NCBI GenBank assembly: GCA_964016885.1
Contig: OZ024752.1
Span: 7,998,001-8,062,000, forward strand
DNA from: Eledone cirrhosa
Taxonomy: Eukaryota
Reading direction: 5' to 3'
Length of the DNA stretch: 64,000 nt
The notes under the pieces were generated by a model. The model ran no database searches, had not been told where the DNA came from, and was given only the letters and a program-made list of their open reading frames with translations. Made by a program: the position numbers and the translations under genes. Of this stretch, positions 1-13,199 are shown piece after piece (positions within the stretch are counted from its first letter, which is position 1; every line of letters begins with the position of its first letter).

Positions 1-3000
1 TTGATAGGTACATATAACCTACAAGATGTAGTAGCTGAAAGGTACATATAACCTACAAGATGTAGTAGCTGATAGGTACATATAACCTACAAGATGTAGT
101 AGTTGATAGGTACATATAACCTACAAGATGTAGTAGCTGAAAGGTACATATAACCTACAAGATGTAGTAGCTGATAGGTACATATAACCTACAAGATGTA
201 GTAGTTGATAGGTACATATAACCTACAAGATGTAGTAGCTGATAGGTACATATAACCTACAGGATGTAGTTTATAGGTACATATAACCTACAAGATGTAG
301 TAGCTGATAGGTACATATAAACTACAAGATGTAGTAGCTGATAGGTACATATAACCTACAAGATGTAGTAGTTGATAGGTACATATAAACTACAAGATGT
401 AGTAGTTGATAGGTACATATAACCTACAAGATGTAGCTGATAGGTACATATAACCTACAGGATGTAGTAGTTGATAGGTACATATAACCTACAAGATGTA
501 GTAGCTGATAGGTACATATAACCTACAAGATGTAGCTGATAGGTACATATAACCTACAAGATGTAGTAGTTGATAGGTACATATAACCTACAAGATGTAG
601 TAGCTGATAGGTACATATAACCTACAAGATGTAGCTGATAGGTACATATAACCTACAAGATGTAGTAGTTGATAGGTACATATAACCTACAAGATGTAGT
701 AGTTGATAGGTACATATAAACTACAAGATGTAGTAGCTGATAGGTACATATAACCTACAAGATGTAGTAGTTGATAGGTACATATAACCTACAAGATGTA
801 GTAGCTGATAGGTACATATAACCTACAAGATGTAGCTGATAGGTACATATAACCTACAATATGTAGTAGTTGATAGGTACATATAACCTACAAGATGTAG
901 TAGTTGATAGGTACATATAAACTACAAGATGTAGTAGCTGATAGGTACATATAAACTACAAGATGTAGTAGCTGATAGGTACATATAACCTACAAGATGT
1001 AGTAGCTGATAGGTACATATAACCTACAAGATGTAGTAGTTGATAGGTACATATAACCTACAAGATGTAGTAGCTGAAAGGTACATATAACCTACAAGAT
1101 GTAGTAGCCGATAGGTACATATAACCTACAAGATGTAGTAGTTGATAGGTACATATAAACTACAAGATGTAGTAGCTGATAGGTACATATAACCTACAAG
1201 ATGTAGTAGTTGATAGGTACATATAACCTACAAGATGTAGTAGCTGATAGGTACATATAACCTACAAGATGTAGCTGATAGGTACATATAACCTACAATA
1301 TGTAGTAGTTGATAGGTACATATAACCTACAAGATGTAGTAGTTGATAGGTACATATAACCTACAAGATGTAGTAGCTGAAAGGTACATATAACCTACAA
1401 GATGTAGTAGCTGATAGGTACATATAACAGCTGTAGTAGCTGATAGGTACATATAACCTACAAGATGTAGTAGCTGATAGGTACATATAACCTACAAGAT
1501 GTAGTAGCTGATAGGTACATATAACCTACAAGATGTAGCTGATAGGTACATATAACCTACAAGATGTAGTAGTTGATAGGTACATATAACCTACAAGATG
1601 TAGTAGTTGATAGGTACATATAACCTACAAGATGTAGTAGTTGATAGGTACATATAACCTACAACATGTAGCTGATAGGTACATATAACCTACAGGATGT
1701 AGTAGCTGATAGGTACATATAACCTACAAGATGTAGTAGTTGATAGGTACATATAACCTACAGGATGTAGTAGTTGATAGGTACATATAACCTACAAGAT
1801 GTAGTAGCTGATAGGTACATATAACCTACAGGATGTAGTAGCTGATAGGTACATATAACCTACAAGATGTAGTAGTTGATAGGTACATATAACCTACAGG
1901 ATGTAGTAGTTGATAGGTACATATAACCTACAAGATGTAGCTGATAGGTACATATAACCTACAGGATGTAGTAGCTGATAGGTACATATAACCTACAAGA
2001 TGTAGTAGCTGATAGGTACATATAACCTACATGATGTAGTAGTTGATAGGTACATATAACCTACAAGATGTAGTAGTTGATAGGTACATATAACCTACAA
2101 GATGTAGTAGCTGAAAGGTACATATAACCTACAAGATGTAGTAGCCGATAGGTACATATAACCTAGAAGATGTAGTAGTTGATAGGTACATATAAACTAC
2201 AAGATGTAGTAGCTGATAGGTACATATCACCTACAAGATGTAGTAGTTGATAGGTACATATAACCTACAAGATGTAGTAGCTGATAGGTACATATAACCT
2301 ACAAGATGTAGCTGATAGGTACATATAACCTACAATATGTAGTAGTTGATAGGTACATATAACCTACAAGATGTAGTAGTTGATAGGTACATATAACCTA
2401 CAAGATGTAGTAGCTGAAAGGTACATATAACCTACAAGATGTAGTAGCTGATAGGTACATATAACAGCTGTAGTAGCTGATAGGTACATATAACCTACAA
2501 GATGTAGTAGCTGATAGGTACATATAACCTACAGGATGTAGTAGCTGATAGGTACATATAACCTACAAGATGTAGTAGTTGATAGGTACATATAACCTAC
2601 AGGATGTAGTAGTTGATAGGTACATATAACCTACAGGATGTAGTAGTTGATAGGTACATATAACCTACAAGATGTAGTAGTTGATAGGTACATATAACCT
2701 ACAGGATGTAGTAGTTGATAGGTACATATAACCTACAAGATGTAGCTGATAGGTGCATATAACCTACAAGATGTAGTAGCTGATAAGTACATATAACCTA
2801 CAAGATGTAGTAGCTGATAGGTACATATAACCTACAAGATGTAGTAGTTGATAGGTACATATAACCTACAAGATGTAGTAGCTGATAGGTACATATAACC
2901 TACAAGATGTAGTAGCTGATAGGTACATATAACCTACAAGATATAGTAGCTGATAGGTACATATAACCTACAAGATGTAGTTGATAGGTACATATAACCT

Positions 3001-6000
3001 ACAGGATGTAGTTGATAGGTACATATAACCTACAAGATGTAGTCGCTGATAGGTACATATAACCTACAGGATGTAGTTGATAGGTACATATAACCTACAA
3101 GATGTAGTTGATAGGTACATATAACCTACAAGATGTAGTAGTTGATAGGTACATATAACCTACAGGATGTAGTTGATAGGTACATATAACCTACAAGATG
3201 TAGTCGCTGATAGGTACATATAACCTACAGGATGTAGTTGATAGGTACATATAACCTACAAGATGTAGTAGCTGATAGGTACATATAACCTACAAGATGT
3301 AGTAGCTGATAAGTACATATAACCTACAAGATGTAGTAGCTGATAGGTACATATAACCTACAAGATGTAGTAGTTGATAGGTACATATAACCTACAAGAT
3401 GTAGTAGCTGATAGGTACATATAACCTACAGGATGTAGTAGCTGATAGGTACATATAACCTACAAGATGTAGTAGCTGATAGGTACATATAACCTACAAG
3501 ATGTAGTAGCTGATAGGTACATATAACCTACAAGATGTAGTAGCTGATAGGTACATATAACCTACAAGATGTAGTAGCTGATAGGTACATATAACCTACA
3601 AGATATAGTAGCTGATAGGTACATATAACCTACAAGATGTAGTTGATATGTACATATAACCTACAGGATGTAGTTGATAGGTACATATAACCTACAAGAT
3701 GTAGTCGCTGATAGGTACATATAACCTACAGGATGTAGTTGATAGGTACATATAACCTACAAGATGTAGTAGCTGATAGGTACATATAACCTACAGGATG
3801 TAGTTGATAGGTACATATAACCTACAAGATGTAGTAGCTGATAGGTACATATAACCTACAGGATGTAGTAGCTGATAGGTACATATAACCTACAAGATGT
3901 AGTAGTTGATAGGTACATATAACCTACAGGATGTAGTAGTTGATAGGTACATATAACCTACAAGATGTAGCTGATAGGTACATATAACCTACAGGATGTA
4001 GTAGCTGATAGGTACATATAACCTACAAGATGTAGTAGCTGATAGGTACATATAACCTACATGATGTAGTAGTTGATAGGTACATATAACCTACAAGATG
4101 TAGTAGCTGATAGGTACATATAACCTACAAGATGTAGTAGCTGAAAGGTACATATAACCTACAAGATGTAGTAGCCGATAGGTACATATAACCTAGAAGA
4201 TGTAGTAGTTGATAGGTACATATAAACTACAAGATGTAGTAGCTGATAGGTACATATCACCTACAAGATGTAGTAGTTGATAGGTACATATAACCTACAA
4301 GATGTAGTAGCTGATAGGTACATATAACCTACAAGATGTAGCTGATAGGTACATATAACCTACAATATGTAGTAGTTGATAGGTACATATAACCTACAAG
4401 ATGTAGTAGTTGATAGGTACATATAACCTACAAGATGTAGTAGCTGAAAGGTACATATAACCTACAAGATGTAGTAGCTGATAGGTACATATAACAGCTG
4501 TAGTAGCTGATAGGTACATATAACCTACAAGATGTAGTAGCTGATAGGTACATATAACCTACAGGATGTAGTAGCTGATAGGTACATATAACCTACAAGA
4601 TGTAGTAGTTGATAGGTACATATAACCTACAGGATGTAGTAGTTGATAGGTACATATAACCTACAGGATGTAGTAGTTGATAGGTACATATAACCTACAA
4701 GATGTAGTAGTTGATAGGTACATATAACCTACAGGATGTAGTAGTTGATAGGTACATATAACCTACAAGATGTAGCTGATAGGTGCATATAACCTACAAG
4801 ATGTAGTAGCTGATAAGTACATATAACCTACAAGATGTAGTAGCTGATAGGTACATATAACCTACAAGATGTAGTAGCTGATAGGTACATATAACCTACA
4901 AGATATAGTAGCTGATAGGTACATATAACCTACAAGATGTAGTTGATAGGTACATATAACCTACAGGATGTAGGTGATAGGTACATATAACCTACAAGAT
5001 GTAGTCGCTGATAGGTACATATAACCTACAGGATGTAGTTGATAGGTACATATAACCTACAAGATGTAGTCGCTGATAGGTACATATAACCTACAGGATG
5101 TAGTAGCTGATAGGTACATATAACCTACAAGATGTAGTAGCTGATAGGTACATATAACCTACAAGATGTAGTAGCTGATAGGTACATATAACCTACAAGA
5201 TGTAGTAGCTGATAGGTACATATAACCTACAAGATGTAGTAGTTGATAGGTACATATAACCTACAGGATGTAGTTGATAGGTACATATAACCTACAAGAT
5301 GTAGTCGCTGATAGGTACATATAACCTACAGGATGTAGTTGATAGGTACATATAACCTACAAGATGTAGTAGCTGATAGGTACATATAACCTACAAGATG
5401 TAGTAGCTGATAAGTACATATAACCTACAAGATGTAGTAGCTGATAGGTACATATAACCTACAAGATGTAGTAGTTGATAGGTACATATAACCTACAAGA
5501 TGTAGTAGCTGATAGGTACATATAACCTACAGGATGTAGTAGCTGATAGGTACATATAACCTGCAGGATGTAGTAGCTGATAGGTACATATAACCTACAA
5601 GATGTAGTAGCTGATAGGTACATATAACCTACAAGATGTAGTAGCTGATAGGTACATATAACCTACAAGATGTAGTAGCTGATAGGTACATATAACCTAC
5701 AAGATATAGTAGCTGATAGGTACATATAACCTACAAGATGTAGTTGATAGGTACATATAACCTACAGGATGTAGTTGATAGGTACATATAACCTACAAGA
5801 TGTAGTCGCTGATAGGTACATATAACCTACAGGATGTAGTTGATAGGTACATATAACCTACAAGATGTAGTAGCTGATAGGTACATATAACCTACAGGAT
5901 GTAGTTGATAGGTACATATAACCTACAAGATGTAGTCGCTGATAGGTACATATAAACTACAAGATGTAGTAGCTGATAGGTACATATAACCTACAAGATG

Positions 6001-6368
6001 TAGTAGTTGATAGGTACATATAAACTACAAGATGTAGTAGTTGATAGGTACATATAACCTACAAGATGTAGTAGCTGATAGGTACATATAACCTACAAGA
6101 TGTAGTAGTTGATAGGTACATATAACCTACAAGATGTAGTAGCTGATAGGTACATATAACCTACAAGATGTAGTAGTTGATAGGTACATATAACCTACAA
6201 GATGTAGTAGCTGATAGGTACATATAACCTACAAGATGTAGTAGCTGATAGGTACATATAACCTACAAGATGTAGTAGCTGATAGGTACATATAACCTAC
6301 AAGATGTAGTAGTTGATAGGTACATATAACCTACAGGATGTAGTAGCTGATAGGTACATATAACCTAC
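1..6368. repeat. Tandem satellite, 34-bp unit GATAGGTACATATAACCTACAAGATGTAGTAGCT (31-bp variants), roughly 190 copies, open at window start
   Basis: Direct periodicity; diagnostic variants recur at 2030-bp spacing (acctagaaga at 2161/4191, aggtgcatat at 2751/4781). Confidence 0.98.
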
Positions 6369-7037
6369 CCAACAGAAGGGTCAGTTATAGGGTCAACACC
6401 CTACCCAACAGAAGGGCCAGCTATAGGGTCAACACCCTACCCAACAGAAGGGCCAGCTATAGGGTCAACAACCTACCCAACAGAAGAGCCAGCTATAGGG
6501 TCAACAATCTACCCAACAGAAGGGCCAGCTATAGGGTCAACACCCTACCCAACAGAAGGGCCAGTTATAGGGTCAACACCCTACCCAACAGAAGGGCCAG
6601 TTATAGGGTCAACACCCTACCCAACAGAAGGGCCAGCTATAGGGTCAACAACCTACCCAACAGAAGAGCCAGCTATAGGGTCAACAATCTACCCAACAGA
6701 AGGGCCAGCTATAGGGTCAACACCCTACCCAACAGAAGGGCCAGCTATAGGGTCAACACCCTACCCAACAGAAGGGCCAGTTATAGGGTCAACACCCTAC
6801 CCAACAGAAGGGCCAGCTATAGGGTCAACACCCTACCCAACAGAAGGGCCAGCTATAGGGTCAACACCCTACCCAACAGAAGGGTCAGCTATAGGGTCAA
6901 CACCCTACCCAACAGAAGGGCCAGCTATAGGGTCAACACCCTACCCAACAGAAGGGCCAGCTATAGGGTCAACACCCTATCCAACAGAAGGGCCAGCTAT
7001 AGGGTCAACACCCTACCCAACAGAAGGGCCAGCTATA
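6364..7037. repeat. Minisatellite, 36-bp unit CCTACCCAACAGAAGGGCCAGCTATAGGGTCAACAC, about 18 copies
   Basis: Direct periodicity (6401, 6437 ...); abuts the 34-bp array and runs into an RTE/SINE tail. Confidence 0.97.
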
Positions 7038-7081
7038 ACCCATGCTAGCGTGGAAGATAGACGTTAAACGATGATGATGAT
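7038..7081 (+). mobile_element. RTE-LINE/SINE 3' tail (AACCCATGCTAGCGTGGAAGATAGACGTTAAACGATGATGA)
   Basis: Same tail in reverse at about 43523-43572, 54771-54830 and 30869-30925; (GAT)n terminus. Confidence 0.8.
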
Positions 7082-7264
7082 ATATATATATATATATATG
7101 AATAAAGTTAGTCCTTCATCAGTGATCTTCCAACCATCATTGGTATTTCATCGCTTTAAAGACCATATACCTCCGGTTGGTGCGAGCAACGGCTAAAAAA
7201 AGTCGTTGGGACACATATATATATATATGTAGCTGCTATATATATATAAATTTGTGAGCAGTAT

Positions 7265-7776
7265 TTGGAGGAAAACCCTCAAGAACTTGGAAGATTCGAT
7301 GACAATGGTGAGTCCATCATTGTCGAGATAGACGAATCGAAATACTTCCATAGAAAGTATCATCGTGGCCTGTGGAGACAAGGCCACTGGGTCTTCGGCC
7401 CTGTTGAACGCGATTCTGGACGCTGCTGCTTTGTAGAAGTCCCAAATCGAAGTCGTGACACTCTCGTCCCCATCATTCAGCAGTGGATTTTGCAGCCGCA
7501 TCATCTCCGATGGTTGGGCTTCCTATTCGGAAATTGAGGAAATTGAAGGTGGGATTTACCTTCATGGTGTTGTGGTGCACGAACGGAGCTTTGTAGATCC
7601 CGCGGACCCTGATGTGCACACACAGCTCATAGAGAACACATGGAGCCGTGCAAAGAAGAAGCTTCGTCACCATCCGCGACGTTTCGTTTAAACACACACA
7701 CACAAAAGTGTAAATAAACTATCGAAAATGAAAATAAATTTACTTTCATTCTTGACACCGCTAATAGTAAGGAACG

Positions 7777-7778
<2 letters not shown>
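7265..7778 (+). mobile_element. Merlin (IS1016/ISXO2-like DDE) DNA transposon fragment, frameshifted transposase
   Basis: IVEIDESKYFHRKYHRG..WVFG.VER in one frame, IISDGWASY...VVHERSFVDP..VHTQLIENTWSRAK in the next; candidate right end ...GGAACGCC before (TA)n. Confidence 0.88.
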
Positions 7779-7866
<88 letters not shown>

Positions 7867-7926
7867 TATATTTATATTTATATATATATATATGTATATG
7901 TATATATATGTGTGTGTGTGTGTGTT
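7779..7926. repeat. (TA)n/(TG)n microsatellite
   Basis: Direct. Confidence 0.97.
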
Positions 7927-8148
7927 GAGTATTTCCGTAGAAGAAGTAAAGGAAAGAAAGAGTGCTCTATGTATTGTGCAGAGCTATTTAATTACAGAAT
8001 AAACAACACAATATAATTATTTCATTATCGAAGATTCGTCAGACAAAACAATAATTGTTTTGTCTGACGAACGAGATGGATGTTTCTGCAAGAATCATCT
8101 AGTTTCTCGAAACCATCTGTGATGAAACAAATACACACACACACACAC

Positions 8149-8241
<93 letters not shown>

Positions 8242-8439
8242 CGTGTGTGTGTGTGTGTTTATAAAAACTCAGTTTCAGAAGATCCCGTTAAGGGTGAAAG
8301 CAGCGATTCTTTGCTTAAACTTTAATCTGTTATAATAAATATTTGCTCTACGGGTTTATATATATATATATATCGAGCTCTCTTCGGATTTTAGTCTTCA
8401 CGTTTATTATTACTATATGGATACTGCGGTTAGTACGAG

Positions 8440-8940
8440 AGCCCCAGCTTCTGCAGCCGAGCGGAGTAAGACCCTCAAATACTCTGAGTTACATTTTTCA
8501 GCCTGTGGCTTTCGAGACATTTGGGGGAGTCGGACCGCTGACTGCGAGGTTCCTTTCCTCACTGGCGGCTCACCTAATAGAGGTAACTGGCCAATCTCAC
8601 GAGGGTGCTTGGCTGTTCCAGCGTATCAGCCTCGCCATCACCCGAGGCAACGCTGCGAGTGTTGTGGCTTGCCTAAAAACTCAATAGAGAGGTGGCCCAG
8701 TACCCTCACTGCTGTCTTTTACTCTGGTGTTGGCCCCTCCGGTGTTCACCCCTTCCTTTACATTTTCTTAAATATTGTAGCATTTAAGGAATATATCCTT
8801 CTGAAAGAATCGCGAGCAATTATAATGTTATCTAAGCATTTATAATATTATTTATGTATATATTTAAAACATATTTCTTATGTTGTTCTGTAAACTTATA
8901 TATATTATATATATTTATGCCCTGGTGGAAAATAAATAGA
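8440..8940 (+). mobile_element. CRE-clade (RLE endonuclease) non-LTR retrotransposon 3' fragment
   Basis: AAERSKTLKY, then after a frameshift FQPVAFETFGGVG...WLFQRISLAITRGNAASV, the typical CRE-type C-terminus; AT-rich 3' region with AATAAA at about 8932. Confidence 0.78.
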
Positions 8941-9204
8941 AATTTATATATATTATATATATAATATATATAAACACATATTCAGCTTGGTCTAAACTGT
9001 TATAAAAGACTTGTAAAAGATCAAAAGTTGGAGATGAAAATCTTGTTTATTACGTTTCTTGTTGTGTTTATTACGTTATTAAGGTGGACTTAGACAATTC
9101 TTGCACACTTCCTTAGTTCTGGCCAATAAACTTGGTTACTCTGTGACAACATAATATGGACATCTCTCACTTATATCGCTGCTTGTTTTAAACTTAAAGG
9201 TAAT

Positions 9205-9477
9205 TTCTCTCTTTCTCTCTCTCATACACACTCTCTCTTTCTCCCTCTCTCTCTCTCTCACACACACACACACTCTCTCTTTCTCTCTCACACACATACT
9301 CTCGCTCGCTGTCTCATATACACTCTCTCTTTCTCTTCGTCTCTCTCACACACACACACACTCTCTCTTTCTCTCACACACACTCTCTCTTTCTCACACA
9401 CACACTCTCTCTTTCTCACACACATACACACACTCTCTCTCTCTCGCTCTCTCATACACACTCTCTCTTTCTCTTGT

Positions 9478-9511
<34 letters not shown>

Positions 9512-9686
9512 CTCTCTCTCTCCTTCTCACACACACGCGCACACACTCTCGCTCACTCATACACATACATACACTCTCTATCTCTCTCATACACGCACGC
9601 ACACTCAGTCTCTCTCTCACATACACACACACTCTCTATCACACGCACACATACTATCTCTCAAACACATACACACACATACACAT
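9205..9686. repeat. Compound (CT)n/(CA)n microsatellite
   Basis: Direct. Confidence 0.95.
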
Positions 9687-9759
9687 TTTACGGTGAAAGC
9701 AAAAACTTTTTGTTTAAACTTTTATGCCTTTGTTTTGTAAATCACAGACCGTTTGTTTC

Positions 9760-9873
9760 ATCCCGCCGAGGGTAGCTTCACCTTTCATCCTTACTGGGCC
9801 GATCAAATAAAGTACCAGTAATACACTGGGGTAATTGCTGACCTTGTGCCAAAAGTAGAAACAATTATTATTA
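9760..9873 (+). mobile_element. SINE family A fragment (Meta-domain-like core GCCTTTCATCCTTACGGGGTCGATAAATAAAGTACCAG; tail CCTTGTGCCAAAAGTAGAAAC(ATT)n)
   Basis: Homologous to copies at 57453, 58775, 62810, 39905 and 40180. Confidence 0.82.
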
Positions 9874-10021
9874 CTCTGGCGATATTTGAACTAAATCCGA
9901 TAAAACATTTAATTGGTCGCTCTACTTCCTCCCCAGTCACCTCATGGAATGTTCTATATAATCGCTTGACTTGCTAGAATTACCAACCAAACCTTCCCCC
10001 AAAACACCTTATCCTCTAGTG

Positions 10022-10075
10022 CAGTGCTTCCCAAACTGGGTTCCGCAAAGGATTGTCTGGGGTTTCGTGAAAAAA
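10022..10075 (+). mobile_element. Solo hAT/Charlie-type terminal inverted repeat
   Basis: CAGTGCTTCCCAAACTGGG preceded by CTCTAGTG (NTCTAGNN target); no partner end found. Confidence 0.5.
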
Positions 10076-10221
10076 GGTAGAGGAGTATATTTATATTTTC
10101 CCTTTCACTTTAATTTTATTTTAAAATGTTTTTAAAACTTTATTTGTCAACAAAACCGTCATTATAGTATTACAAATAAAAAGAGAAAAACGAAAGAAAA
10201 AGGAAAAAAATAACACGCGCA

Positions 10222-10266
<45 letters not shown>

Positions 10267-10305
10267 CCTCTTAAATCATTTTTGAGGCAAGCCAACACTC
10301 GCAGC

Positions 10306-10566
10306 GTTACATCGGGTGATGGTGAGGCTGAGGCGCTGGAATAGCCAAGCGCCCTCACGAGCATCACCAGTTACATCGGGTGATGGTGAGGCTGAGGCGC
10401 TGGAATAGCCAAGCGCCCTCACGAGCATCACCAGTTACATCGGGTGATGGTGAGGCTGAGGCGCTGGAATAGCCAAGCGCCCTCACGAGCATCACCAGTT
10501 ACATCGGGTGATGGTGAGGCTGAGGCGCTGGAATAGCTAAGCGCCCTCACGAGCATCACCAGTTAC
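10306..10566. repeat. GC-rich minisatellite, 64-bp unit x4, each unit an imperfect hairpin
   Basis: Units start at 10306, 10370, 10434 and 10498, near-identical. Confidence 0.97.
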
Positions 10567-11002
10567 CTCTGTTAGGCGAGTCACCAGTGAAGACAAGAAC
10601 CTCTCAGTTAACGGCCCAACTCCCCCAAACGTCTGGAACGCCACAGGCTGACGACCACCTCGTTTATTCCCCCCTCCCTATTCCACCCCCGTCTACCCCT
10701 CATATAACAGGAGTAGAATTAGCGATTCCCCCAAAGGTTTCTGAACCCAAAAGGGTTCTGTGTTTGTAAAAGTTTGGGAAACTCTGGACTAGAATAAGGG
10801 AAAACCCCGTTAAATAAGTGACTTGAGAATGGTCATCACCATTCTCAATGACAATAAGTAAGGAGGTGTGTTTAGGGGACCCGAGAAACCAGATATTTCC
10901 TCCTCCACCCGGTATAGGTTTCATGGGTTTATTATATCATCTACTCTCGGCTCTCCAATCTGGCTTTAAAAAAAATCAACGGAGACAACCTAAAATAATT
11001 TT

Positions 11003-11220
11003 CACCCCACCTCCCTCTTATCCCCCCTCCCCTATTCCACCACCAACCCCCGCTTGATCCCCACCGACTCCCCCACACACTCCATCCCCCTTTATCCCCC
11101 TCCTATCCCCCCACTTATTCCAACTCCCCCACATACTCCACCTCGTTTATTCCACACCCCTCCCCCCGCACCCCTCCCCGTCTACCCCCCGTCTACCCCT
11201 TCCCGTCTACCCCCCCCCCA
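11003..11220. repeat. C-rich low-complexity tract (G-runs on minus strand)
   Basis: Repeated CCCC runs; CCACCTCGTTTATTCC..CCCCGTCTACCCC also at about 10655-10700. Confidence 0.8.
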
Positions 11221-11970
11221 TAGCAGTTAAATCTGATGTAAACAATTCAAGGAACCACAGAGTTATCTGCCCCTGTCTACAACAGATTCTCTGACAATTC
11301 TTCTCACAATTAAAGGTATGAAGGCATTTTATTATATTTTTAATGACTTTTAACAAACAGATATTCTGTTGATAAAGTTGAATTTTTTCTATAAACTTAT
11401 TCCTTGTATAAATATCCACCTCGCTACATAAAGATATTACTTGGTATATAAAATTCGATATTTTTACTTCCCTGTATAAATAACCGACACGGTAAAATAC
11501 CTTTTATAGATATAACTATATAGAACTGTTAAATTGGTGGAAACTCGAACCAAGAAGATATTCTGAAGCTTTCCATCCGTTTTGCTATTATTTTACATAA
11601 ATGTTTGTTTACTAAGATCGGTTATGTTATAGTTTGGTCTCGAATGACGATTTCAGGACCTGTTGTCGTAGACACGTTGTTGTTTGATCCCTAAAACAGC
11701 ACCGATTAAGTAGATGTCTTATCAAAGACCTTCCAGCTTCGGCTATTCCGTCTATTTTATATCTAGGACTGCATTGATTAATGTGTCTCCTCCGCTTAAA
11801 AAAAAAGAAAGAAAAGAGAGAGAGTAGGATTAAATTGGGCGATTTAGCTGCTATTTCTAGCAGATGAAGAAACCGCCTACTGAACTCCAGTAGACTTCGA
11901 AAGGAGTCCGTCAAGGCTCGGTATTATCCCTGAAACTGTTCAGTCTGTACATCAGTGACACCCAAAACCT

Positions 11971-13190
11971 AAGGCTTTTAATGCTGTGTCACACAAAAGA
12001 CTTATGGCGAAACTCTCTGCAATGGGTGTAAAGGATGATCTTTTTAACTGGCTGAAGTCCTTCATTCTCAGCCGAAAAGAGGTAGTCACGGTTCTAGGAC
12101 AGCATTCTTCACCATATGAGATGTCATCTGGTGTACCACAGGGATCTGTTCTTGGTTCCCTTTTGTTTGTTGCATACATTAAGGACATAGATGCCAACTT
12201 AAAGAATGCCACAGTACTGAAATATGCAGATGACATCGATGTACCTTGAAATCAAAAGGACTGATCCTGAAATCTATAACTCTTTCCTACAATCAGACCT
12301 GGAGACAATGCAGCAATGGATCACAGACTGGCAACTGAAGCTGGCTGTGGACAAGTGTACCACCATGAATTTTGGGAGGAAAAATCCAGCATCCACATAC
12401 TCCCTCCACAACACTGATATCAAGAAGTGTTCTTGTAAACATGACCTGGGCATTACGGTCAGCAGCGATTTGCGTTGGACAAAGCACATCTCTAAAATTG
12501 TCAAGAAGGCCGAGGGCATCTTGGCATCACTCAGCAAGACCTTTGTTAGCTGCTCTCCAGCCATCTATTTAAAGCTGTATACAGCTATGGTACGACCACA
12601 CTTGGAATTTGCATCATCAGTCTGGAACCACTATCTTGCTCAGAACATTGACCTCCTGGAAACTGTTCAGAGACGTACAACCAAGCGCATACCCTCCATC
12701 AGACACCTACCATATTCTGAACGCCTTGCTTCCCTGGGCATGGATTCATTGAAGCTCTGACGTCTGGCAATGGACTTGGTAAACACCCACAAAGTTATTA
12801 CCATCTCGCTAACAACAACCCTGAGCACCTTTTTGATCTCCATGTGTCTAACACACGTGGACATGCCTACAAAGTCAGAAAACAGCACAGCTCCCATGAC
12901 TTTCGGAAACATTTTTTCACGCTTAGAGTTACTGAAGCATGGAACAAACTGCCTGCGTCAGTTGTTAGCTGCTGAGACACTGCATCCTTTAAAACCTCCA
13001 TGCTTCCCGAAATTCGCCAAAACTACACCTGATGTCCCCCTTCCATACACATGCACACCTGTATATCATGACTCTTGCACTGTTCATTTTCCTGACGCTT
13101 GTACATTACCCTATGTACCATACATACACTTTTGATGAGTTGTAGTGCACCTTAACACTGTACACAATATTTTCATTATTATTATTATTA
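11971..13190 (+). mobile_element. CR1-group LINE, 5'-truncated copy 1 (RT C-terminal part, 3' UTR, (ATT)n tail), pseudogenised
   Basis: KAFNAVSH...SGVPQGSVLG.LLF..YI.D...KYADD...YTAMVRPHLEFASSVW; frameshifts and a stop. Confidence 0.93.
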
Positions 13191-13199
13191 TATCACAAC

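Noticed and set aside
7100-7225. Minus-strand CTGATGA hammerhead core
   Set aside because: No GAAA and NUH in a workable arrangement; truncated by (TA)n
9288-9740. RE/CV- and HT/SL-rich ORFs
   Set aside because: Microsatellite translations
10306-10566. CRISPR array (palindromic repeats)
   Set aside because: Units are contiguous with no unique spacers, there are no cas genes, and the context is eukaryotic; the same applies to all other arrays
11207-11419. 70-aa minus-strand ORF as an exon
   Set aside because: No recognisable motif or convincing splice sites
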